Virus record (IMG/VR): IMGVR_UViG_3300037310_000496
From: a virus
DNA: 64,000 bases
Reading direction: 5' to 3' (one strand)
In this document: positions 56,532-64,000 of the stretch, piece by piece
Numbering within the stretch: the stretch's first letter is position 1
Layout of the letters: every line of letters starts with the position of its first letter
The notes under the pieces: model-generated
Database searches by the model: none
What the model saw: only the letters and a program-made list of their open reading frames with translations
Told to the model about the DNA's origin: nothing
Position numbers and translations under genes: made by a program

Positions 56532-58139
56532 CTATTTGAATTCAGTGTCCACAGAAAATTCATAGTTGTCGTGGGTAAACAGGGAGTCTGATGATGTATA
56601 TATGTCACCATATTGGGTCCCTATGGTATTGGGCTCATATACTTCAAAAAATGGTCGATGGGGCACTGTTTCAGCTGCACGATCAGTTTCGACACCTACG
56701 AACCTAATATGGCTGATTGCAAGGACAAAGGCATCCGCAAAGTCATCAAAACTTCCTTTGGGCGAATGGATCTTTTGGATCTTGCTGATATGGCTTTCTT
56801 CTTCAGTTATATTCTGAAGTTCATGGATCAATTCCTCGTGGTTTTTTTGGATCAGGACCCTGCCAAGACCCATGCCCATCTTGGCATTGTTGTACATGCG
56901 GGCTTTGGGCACCAGATCCATTGATTCACCACGGAGATTGAAACTGATATGGCGTGATATGTTCCTTAGCCATACACTAAGGACATCACCCACATTTTTT
57001 TTGTCAAAAATGACATAGGTGACTGAAAATTGGTTGATGATGTCAATGACATGCTCAAAAATTATTTGCCAGTCATTTCGCCGAATGCGGAATGTATGGA
57101 TAATGACAACCATATCTGTCACTTCATTCACTTCACCTACGACTATGGCAGTATAGTCATGGAGACGTCCGAAGTCGACACCCATGATATAGTATGGGCG
57201 TTGGTTGGAACTCAATCGGTAACCGGTCTCCACGAGGGAATTGAAGATGGTGTGTGACGAGAAAAATGTTGAGCTGGATTCACTCCATCGTGCCAGGTAT
57301 TCTCGCTCAAATTCGTAGTAGTTGGAGTTCCTGGCACTTTCCACTTCGTATATGTTTATTTGGGGCAGTTTGGTAATGGGATTGATGACTTTGAGACCCC
57401 ATGTATAATCATAGTGGTATCCGACAAATCCGTACTTTCTCCCGACTGGAGTCTTGTATGGCTCTTCTCCTGGTGCCAATGGTCGAAGACCCTCAAATTT
57501 CATTCGTGCATCCCATGCATCTTGAAAACGTTTGTAGAATGGTCCTCCTATTTTTCGGCTGGGCGTAGTGGTCATGAGAATTTTTCCATGGGTTGATGAT
57601 GTAGTTGGCAAAGCTGCCGGAAATACATCCGGATGAATAAAATCAGCTTCGTCAAGGATTAGGAGATCAATCACTTCACCACGTATCGATTTGCCTTCCA
57701 TTCCCGGAGGGAAATATTTGACGGTAGATGGTCTTCCGTTGTCCCCTAGCAGGGACAACTCCATTCTTGTCTCCAAGTCATGTTCATGTGGCAAAAATGA
57801 TGACAGGAGTGGATTGAACCGTTGGAAAAGTTTTATCCGTTTGAATGGTTTCATGCCTCCGCTTTCATCTTGACCCATGATTCCTACAGCAGAGCCAGGG
57901 AACATATTTATTTGGTGGGTTGCAACGACCGCTATCGTATCGGTCTTTCCTAGTTGTCTAGAAAAAAGACCCATTTTGCGTGGGTAGGGGTCATTTGCTA
58001 AACCTTCTTGGTAAATGTAGAAATTATAGTTCAAGAATTTTTCAGCGAAATAGCTTACTGATTGTTTAGCTCTTTTGAGAACTTTAGGAGTGATTTGGTC
58101 GATTGATGTGATCATATGATTGCACCTATTGTTTGCCAT
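56532..58139 (-). CDS. terL: Terminase large subunit
   Basis: FSRQLGKT, IRGEVIDLLILDEAD, TTP, REYLARW, GVDFGRLHDYTA, DDFADAFVLA. Confidence 0.95.
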   Translation of the reverse strand: MANNRCNHMITSIDQITPKVLKRAKQSVSYFAEKFLNYNFYIYQEGLANDPYPRKMGLFSRQLGKTDTIAVVATHQINMFPGSAVGIMGQDESGGMKPFKRIKLFQRFNPLLSSFLPHEHDLETRMELSLLGDNGRPSTVKYFPPGMEGKSIRGEVIDLLILDEADFIHPDVFPAALPTTSSTHGKILMTTTPSRKIGGPFYKRFQDAWDARMKFEGLRPLAPGEEPYKTPVGRKYGFVGYHYDYTWGLKVINPITKLPQINIYEVESARNSNYYEFEREYLARWSESSSTFFSSHTIFNSLVETGYRLSSNQRPYYIMGVDFGRLHDYTAIVVGEVNEVTDMVVIIHTFRIRRNDWQIIFEHVIDIINQFSVTYVIFDKKNVGDVLSVWLRNISRHISFNLRGESMDLVPKARMYNNAKMGMGLGRVLIQKNHEELIHELQNITEEESHISKIQKIHSPKGSFDDFADAFVLAISHIRFVGVETDRAAETVPHRPFFEVYEPNTIGTQYGDIYTSSDSLFTHDNYEFSVDTEFK

Positions 58140-58895
58140 TCATTTTTGCTTTATTTTTTCATTGACTGTCCCATCTTCCTTTTCGTCATCTTTTTCGGGT
58201 GATTCGGCAAGGTTTGCTTTGTTGGCAATTCGCAATGCATTGCTAAAGACATCCACGGTTCGTACGATTTCCTGTTTTACACGGATTCGGTCTTTCCGTG
58301 TTGCCACCATTTCCTTGAGTGAATTTATATAGCGACCGCTTACAGCACCACTCATATTTACCAATTTGGTCAATAGCTCGATGGTCTCTTTCGTCTGGAA
58401 GTTAGTGAGGTCGACTTGGGCTCCTATTCTTTGGAGCCGATGCATGTACAACAGGTTCACGAGCACATTGTAAAGAGTGAGCTCGTCAAGTTGGTTGCTG
58501 TTTTCACCCATGAGCGACTGACTGGCTTCAATTGCTATGGCTTCCTCGATTTGGCAATGGGAACCAGGTGTATATATCTGGCATGGTGGTCCTTTCACTA
58601 TGCCTGGTCTTAGGGGACAGAGATTGCATTGTGAATACGATGGCTGCAATAATTGTCTCAAGTCAGTTATTTGACCATTTAAATAGATGACTTTCCGGCT
58701 TTTCATGCTTGTTTCTAGTTCTGGCATGATGGTGGTTTCCAGGTCATCGATGTTTTCATTTTCCTTGATTTCTCTCTCTTCAGCCTCCTGATCGAACATG
58801 GTGTTGTTTTTTAATTCCTCCTTTTCATCATGGTGATTGTCATTATCATGGTAGCTGTCGTTTTTTCTTGACTTGAACTTGCTGTGTATTGTCAT
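58140..58895 (-). CDS. Probable terminase small subunit with Cys cluster
   Basis: Abuts terL; CNLCP..PPC..HC then helical hairpin; likely ATG at 58895. Confidence 0.5.
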   Translation of the reverse strand: MTIHSKFKSRKNDSYHDNDNHHDEKEELKNNTMFDQEAEEREIKENENIDDLETTIMPELETSMKSRKVIYLNGQITDLRQLLQPSYSQCNLCPLRPGIVKGPPCQIYTPGSHCQIEEAIAIEASQSLMGENSNQLDELTLYNVLVNLLYMHRLQRIGAQVDLTNFQTKETIELLTKLVNMSGAVSGRYINSLKEMVATRKDRIRVKQEIVRTVDVFSNALRIANKANLAESPEKDDEKEDGTVNEKIKQK

Positions 58896-58948
58896 TACCA
58901 ATTGTAGGTCAAGGAAAAATTTAAGTATGCCGATAGTATATGTAAATA

Positions 58949-59128
58949 ATGGAAGACATTGCCACATTGAGCAATAAAATAGAGATGATTTTAGATAAAT
59001 TTACAAATTTAGAGAATCGTGTTAGTCAAATAATCAGTGATATTGCAGTATTGTCAGCTAAAATTGATAGGGCAGAAGTTTTTGCAGAATCACTGCATAT
59101 CAAGTTATTCAATCATTCACATAAATAA
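58949..59128 (+). CDS. 59-aa coiled-coil protein (not in ORF track)
   Basis: MEDIATLSNKIEMILDKFTNLENRVSQI...; TTTAAGTA box 22-29 nt upstream. Confidence 0.45.
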   Translation: MEDIATLSNKIEMILDKFTNLENRVSQIISDIAVLSAKIDRAEVFAESLHIKLFNHSHK

Positions 59129-59206
59129 ATCCATATATTTTTCAACATATAAATCCATAAGTTTTTTAATATGATATTATGATGATAATTATCACACGAA
59201 AAAGGG

Positions 59207-59581
59207 ATGATAATTAAAGTGCTAATAAAAAAACCCAAATCATTGGATATAATATTGGATCTCAGTGGTCATAAAACCCATAAGGTTCAAGTGGACAATA
59301 TGGCTGATCCATATTCGGTATTGACGGAAGCTCATCGACTTGTGGGTCTTATTGAAGCTGATCCAACCTTTCGTGATTACGCTTCAATCGGGAAGTTGAT
59401 TGTAATACTTCCTGGTCTTTCTGTTGTTTCGGCAGCATTCATTGCCGTGTATCATGGAAAATTCGGACATTTTCCAATGATATTATGGTATTTAAAGACT
59501 GCTGATGGCTTTGAAATATCCGATGCCGGATTGGATCTTGCAAGCGTTCGAATTGACGCACGCAAGATCCGTAAGCTATAG
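59207..59581 (+). CDS. csx15: Csx15-like (CARF-related) protein, stand-alone
   Basis: LIVILPGLS..SAAFIAVYHGKFGHFPMI...FEI..LDLASVRIDAR matches Csx15 pattern (P.L....LLAELHGRMGYFP...EV..I.DLQ.VR..AR). Confidence 0.7.
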   Translation: MIIKVLIKKPKSLDIILDLSGHKTHKVQVDNMADPYSVLTEAHRLVGLIEADPTFRDYASIGKLIVILPGLSVVSAAFIAVYHGKFGHFPMILWYLKTADGFEISDAGLDLASVRIDARKIRKL

Positions 59582-59667
59582 TTCCTATTGTTTCCATTCA
59601 TTCCATTCTTTTCAATTTTTTACTTGTTTTATTTTAAATACTGCAATTGCCAATAAGATACTGTCAT

Positions 59668-60507
59668 TTAGGCATCTTTGATGGGTGATTTTAAATTATT
59701 GAAAAAAACATCGAATTCGTTGGTGTTTGAATTTGATGGTATTGTTGACACTTTCTTTATTTCAGGAGGTGTCGGAATAGGTCTTTCTGTCTGTATATCT
59801 GATTTGCCAGATATTTTTTTGGCAATTTCCAAGATTTCTTCAGTGACTGTCAGATATTCTTGGCGAGTGATATCACCAGTTTTTTGTAGGATGAATTCCT
59901 TGAATGTCATTTCAATTTGTTTTGGAAGATTTCGTATTTCTGTAGTGATTAGTCTCATTCGATCTCTGAAACGTTCAAGTTCGCGTGACAGAATGGATTG
60001 GTCTAGATCCATTGTCAGTGAATCAATAATAAAAATGATATTGGAGACAATATAGAGTAATTCTTCATAATATGAGTTTGATTGGTTTGCCAACAGGAAC
60101 AGCTGATATTTTTTCTGCTCCTCGTATGTTGTCATGGCAAACTTGTCCAATTCATGTTTGTATTTTATTTCATCGTTTCTTATTTTTATTTCCATGTCCA
60201 TTTTTTGGTTAAACTGTTCATGGTTTCGGTCGTTTTCAAGATATTTCATTACTCTCTCGTTTGTTTTTCCTGTTGTGAATATGATTACACTTACCGAGAC
60301 AATTATGATGAACATATATGTAAAAACAATTCCAAAATCTCGTGGGGATTTAAAATTGAATTCCTGTACGGTGTAGATGAGTGATGGAATTATTACCATC
60401 AAGATTGTAACAAATAATCCACCTACAGGATTGGCTTTGATGATAGACCTGAGTTTTTCCCTTGTTTCTTTGTCCAGGACCATTTTAAAACTATCTTTGA
60501 TTATCAT
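59668..60507 (-). CDS. Membrane protein (2 TM helices plus coiled coil)
   Basis: GGLFVTILMVIIPSLIY and FGIVFTYMFIIIVSVSVIIF segments; lysis role possible but unshown. Confidence 0.55.
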   Translation of the reverse strand: MIIKDSFKMVLDKETREKLRSIIKANPVGGLFVTILMVIIPSLIYTVQEFNFKSPRDFGIVFTYMFIIIVSVSVIIFTTGKTNERVMKYLENDRNHEQFNQKMDMEIKIRNDEIKYKHELDKFAMTTYEEQKKYQLFLLANQSNSYYEELLYIVSNIIFIIDSLTMDLDQSILSRELERFRDRMRLITTEIRNLPKQIEMTFKEFILQKTGDITRQEYLTVTEEILEIAKKISGKSDIQTERPIPTPPEIKKVSTIPSNSNTNEFDVFFNNLKSPIKDA

Positions 60508-60547
60508 CGTTTCACCTTATTGCTTCATTTTTTTCATTTCTCTCTAA

Positions 60548-61084
60548 TTACTGTTCATCGTATTGGAAGTTGAATGTTTTTTGTAGGAGATTGCCTGGCG
60601 CTGCACCACTTCCGACCTGCAGCTGGAACACGATATAGTCTGAATATGTACCATTGGTGCTTAATCCGCCTGTACCTGCAGATACTCCGATATTTGTAGC
60701 GCCAGGATCTGAAGTTGGCATTGCCAAGTCTGCTACAGTGGATGTGGATGTTGTCGGTCCACTTCCAGGATATGAATCATTTTGGAGCGTAGTGCTCAAG
60801 TTGGTCTTGTATGTTATGCCAGTTTCTGCAGTGCTTGGTGTCATCCAAACTTGGAAATTGTCAATTTTGTTTGAATCGTTCTTGGCTGAAAGATAATACC
60901 TCACCCATTTTTCAAATGCATTTGTGCCGGCATTAACAGGATTGTTGGCTGCAACTAGGTTTGGGGTATCCACCGATCCCATGTTGATATTGCTTATGTT
61001 GTTGGTAACTGTTGCTCCAGCACCATTTGTTTCGCTAATTTGGACAGTTGCGACTACCATATGTATATCAGCATCTAAATACAA
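60548..61084 (-). CDS. Virion structural protein
   Basis: Thr/Gly/Asn-rich beta protein ending YSDYIVFQLQV...FNFQYDE. Confidence 0.55.
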   Translation of the reverse strand: MYLDADIHMVVATVQISETNGAGATVTNNISNINMGSVDTPNLVAANNPVNAGTNAFEKWVRYYLSAKNDSNKIDNFQVWMTPSTAETGITYKTNLSTTLQNDSYPGSGPTTSTSTVADLAMPTSDPGATNIGVSAGTGGLSTNGTYSDYIVFQLQVGSGAAPGNLLQKTFNFQYDEQ

Positions 61085-61140
61085 TTAAAAACTTAGGGAC
61101 TTGAAATTTAAATATAGATGGATTAATGTCAATTGATCCA

Positions 61141-61566
61141 TTATACTGTCATGAATTTGCTGCTGGTGGAATCGGTGATTTGTGCCGATACTGTAGTAGG
61201 TGGACTTGGATCCGGATTTAAAGTGTTTGGATCTACAGCTGGAACAGCAGTCACTGTGACATCCCAAGTGGCATTGGTTCTTGCAACCTTAATTCCTTCA
61301 ATATATAATTTAGTAGCCATACCAGTGATATTAGTTGCACCAGTGCCAGTTAATAATCCGGGTGTAACATAAATACCTTTAGTGTATGTGGAAATATATG
61401 TTGCAGACCAAGTGCCAATGTCACTTTCAGTCAGCAGTTTTTTCGTCAACAATGTAACCTTGGATTGATCAACAGCTGGAATTGTGCCAGTTATGGTGCC
61501 TAGCACTTCAGTTCCTTTTGGACTAATTGATACATTTGCACCGTCCACTGCAACTGATATGCTCAT
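61141..61566 (-). CDS. Spike-tip protein (PAAR-like, eCIS Afp10/Pvc10 type)
   Basis: VAVDG..V...SKVT...KKLL.E.D...Y.TPG...T....ATK..IEG..V...PAVDP...PDP; directly after spike gene. Confidence 0.6.
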   Translation of the reverse strand: MSISVAVDGANVSISPKGTEVLGTITGTIPAVDQSKVTLLTKKLLTESDIGTWSATYISTYTKGIYVTPGLLTGTGATNITGMATKLYIEGIKVARTNATWDVTVTAVPAVDPNTLNPDPSPPTTVSAQITDSTSSKFMTV

Positions 61567-62615
61567 ATCACTTCCACCTTATCACCAGGATCTAATATGA
61601 CTTTATCTGCTTCGACCCTCACTGTATGGGTCGTAGCTATTATTTTTATTTCGTCACTCACTCCAATGGTAATTTTATCGTTACCTTTAGATATTTCGAT
61701 GTTTCCATTGCTGTCGATCCCGATTTTATTTAATACACTAGCAAAATCTGATGAGAACCGTTCTATAAAAATTCCGTTGGCATTTATTCGTAAAAATATC
61801 TTTTGGGCTATATTGACTATTCCCCATTCACCATCTGCTGGAAAAATCCCATTGGTCAAAATGGCATTTAGGTTGCTTGAAATTTGAGCTGACATTTGAG
61901 TCTCAATGTTTGGCAGTGTAACGGAATCTCGGTTGCTGTCAGAAATGGGTGATGTTTCAACTAACTTAACGAGACCAGTATCAGAAGCTGCACGCACAAA
62001 CGTGATAAATCCAGTTGCTTCGTTTATTTCGGTTGCTGAACCGCTCTCTGTTTTTTTGCCCTTTACATAGTGTTTGTATCCATTTGGGGTAGTTATCAAC
62101 TGAACCACTTGGTTGATATCCTGTCCGACTGAATTTTTGTTGGGTGGAAACAAGGGAACTTTAGTGGGATTGATGGCAGCTAGATTGTGGATATCTTCCA
62201 GATTCAGGGTACCGCCAAGATGGAGGACATCTTGGGCTAAACCAGTTCTTCGGTTGCCAACTGTATTTTTGGCTTCGTCATATGCAGCCTCGTTTGTATT
62301 TGGTGGGGTCGTGTATAATGAATTTACAGGATCGTTAATTATTACACCCATATTTCGGACGGATATGTCATATATATCCTCATCTGACATGATGAAACTT
62401 CTTTTCATCATTATTTGAGTGACAATGTTGCCTTGACTGTCTTCGTGTAAATCCGCATCTATTCCACTAGTTGGATTGGTATAATTATAGGGAAAAAGTA
62501 TTCGATTTGATAGTCGAGGGAGATTGTGGCTTACGATGGGGATGATGCTGGATGTAAGTTCGCTGAATGACCACCTTCGGAGCAGGGTGTCATATATTGG
62601 AATGATGATGACCAT
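61563..62615 (-). CDS. Baseplate central spike (gpV/gp45/gp5-like)
   Basis: C-terminal beta-helix repeats IGIDSNGNIEISKGNDKITIG..EIKI..VRVEADKVILD. Confidence 0.6.
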   Translation of the reverse strand: MVIIIPIYDTLLRRWSFSELTSSIIPIVSHNLPRLSNRILFPYNYTNPTSGIDADLHEDSQGNIVTQIMMKRSFIMSDEDIYDISVRNMGVIINDPVNSLYTTPPNTNEAAYDEAKNTVGNRRTGLAQDVLHLGGTLNLEDIHNLAAINPTKVPLFPPNKNSVGQDINQVVQLITTPNGYKHYVKGKKTESGSATEINEATGFITFVRAASDTGLVKLVETSPISDSNRDSVTLPNIETQMSAQISSNLNAILTNGIFPADGEWGIVNIAQKIFLRINANGIFIERFSSDFASVLNKIGIDSNGNIEISKGNDKITIGVSDEIKIIATTHTVRVEADKVILDPGDKVEVI

Positions 62616-62617
62616 GG

Positions 62618-63979
62618 TTATCTCCCCCCTCGTGACAGGAAGAAATTACCCATTCCACGTTTCAGGTAATATTCAGAAATCCTAGTCAGCATAGTGTCTT
62701 CACGATAGAAAATGGTCCAATCGAAAGAACCCTCGGTACAATAGGCACTAATGTTCATGCCTTGGTCGGCACTAATGAAAGTCGTTAGCTTGCTTACATA
62801 CCATACCAAGAAATAATCACTGCTGTCATATTGGAGTGAGCTTAATTTGTGGTTTTTTACAGTTTGCAGTAATTGAATTGAATTTACTGGAAACAAAAAT
62901 TCTTTCAAGTTGGATTTTACTGGTTGAACGTTACGATACACTTGGGTATTTTCCTTGTCATCCGATGTAAAAATGATGGATGAACCAGGTCCAATGATAT
63001 TGTTGGGATTGGCTATAGGTATTTCAGCATCTGGGTTTAGGTGTTTGGATGGAATCAATGGAAGGGTGACATAACAAAGGAATCTACTTTTGTTGAGTGT
63101 CCAAAGTATATATCTCAATCCTTTAACGATCAAGTCGATTAGACTAATGACCAAGTAGTTGTTGACATATGGTTGGAAGGGTCTTGAATGTTCAATTAGG
63201 GTAACTGGATATATATGGAGATTTTCAGGATTCCTGGTAGTTCCTGTTCCGACATTTATGTTGCGAAGGACATATCCTTCCAGAGGATAATTCCACATCA
63301 TTTGGTCGACTGTTATTTTAGTAAATGGTTCTATGGTCCGTAGGAATTCAGTCACGCTTATGAATTCACTGGTTTCATCTTGGGTGACAGATAGTCTTCC
63401 ATTGTTCATGATTTCAATTTTAAATGGAATATGAATCATCAGAATGTCAAGTAGTTTTTTTCTGCTCCGTGAGTTTGATAATTCTGTATAGGCGATGAAT
63501 TCATCAGTAGATAATTTGGTAAGAGTCTGTATTTCCTTTTGAAGGTCACTTATATCCACATATGATCGTATCCCTATTAATCTGGCTGATTCTTTGCCAA
63601 CATGGATATTGCTTGGATTGCATAGAGTTTCCTTGGTTACCATTATGTTTCCAAATTGATTTTTTCTAGTAATGCACAGACCTTTTCCATAGTCAAGCAC
63701 ACTGGATTTTTTGGAAGCCCATGCCAATTCAGGGTTGTTTACTGGTCTCTCTTCTCCAGTTCCAGCTTCTGGACGTATAAATGTATTTGGTTGTATTCTA
63801 GAAAACAATGGATGGTAATTGTCATCTTGCATCATGTCCTGCAATGACAGAATTGCCATTTCCGGTGGGGAGACCCCAAGTCCACTTTCACCTCGTTCGC
63901 CTTCAAGGTTGTATTTTAGTGTTATTTGACCTATTTCGCTGATAGGTATGTTGTTAGATGTTGAGATGATGTTTGACAT
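62618..63979 (-). CDS. Probable baseplate hub protein (gp27/gp44-like)
   Basis: Upstream of spike; IGPGSSIIF...YLVWYV..LT..IS..GM.ISAYC OB-like end. Confidence 0.5.
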   Translation of the reverse strand: MSNIISTSNNIPISEIGQITLKYNLEGERGESGLGVSPPEMAILSLQDMMQDDNYHPLFSRIQPNTFIRPEAGTGEERPVNNPELAWASKKSSVLDYGKGLCITRKNQFGNIMVTKETLCNPSNIHVGKESARLIGIRSYVDISDLQKEIQTLTKLSTDEFIAYTELSNSRSRKKLLDILMIHIPFKIEIMNNGRLSVTQDETSEFISVTEFLRTIEPFTKITVDQMMWNYPLEGYVLRNINVGTGTTRNPENLHIYPVTLIEHSRPFQPYVNNYLVISLIDLIVKGLRYILWTLNKSRFLCYVTLPLIPSKHLNPDAEIPIANPNNIIGPGSSIIFTSDDKENTQVYRNVQPVKSNLKEFLFPVNSIQLLQTVKNHKLSSLQYDSSDYFLVWYVSKLTTFISADQGMNISAYCTEGSFDWTIFYREDTMLTRISEYYLKRGMGNFFLSRGGR

Positions 63980-64000
63980 ATATTTTATGTCATCCCAAGG

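Noticed and set aside
1-64000. Stop-codon reassignment, integrase, or recognisable endolysin
   Set aside because: Core genes are full length under the standard code and end in TAA, TAG or TGA; no tyrosine or serine recombinase or lysin motif was recognised in this window

Overview
This window is most of the genome of a tailed dsDNA virus (Caudoviricetes, contractile tail) that very probably infects an archaeon. Evidence for an archaeal host: PolB ending in a PCNA-binding PIP box, a PriS-PriL-type primase, a RadA-type N-terminal HhH domain, TTTAAATA TATA boxes about 25 nt before starts, and AGGTGA SD motifs. An Asgard-type host is possible but cannot be shown from sequence alone. Structural genes are scattered in blocks: sheath/tube (0.3-2 kb), baseplate wedge and fibre (29.5-34.8 kb), head/neck/portal (34.8-46.3 kb), terminase (56.5-58.9 kb) and hub/spike (60.5-64 kb). 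A replication/recombination block (PolB with intein, primase-helicase, SF2 helicase, Cas4-like nuclease) spans 15-29 kb. The most unusual content is RNA-based. (1) A Ro60/TROVE gene has an adjacent, separately promoted Y RNA (YrlA-type, circularly permuted tRNA mimic), next to a tRNA-Ile(UAU). (2) Eight anticodon-less tRNA-like elements punctuate a GC-richer early operon (47-54.6 kb) as part of a repeated hairpin/tRNA-mimic/hairpin/SD cassette. (3) A roughly 325-nt structured RNA resembles the raiA motif. (4) There are two arrays of back-to-back hairpins. Also notable are an E2F/DP-like winged-helix protein, a stand-alone Csx15-like protein (candidate anti-type III CRISPR), and many tandem repeats with 9- or 12-bp units. 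All family assignments come from motif recognition by eye; no searches were run.
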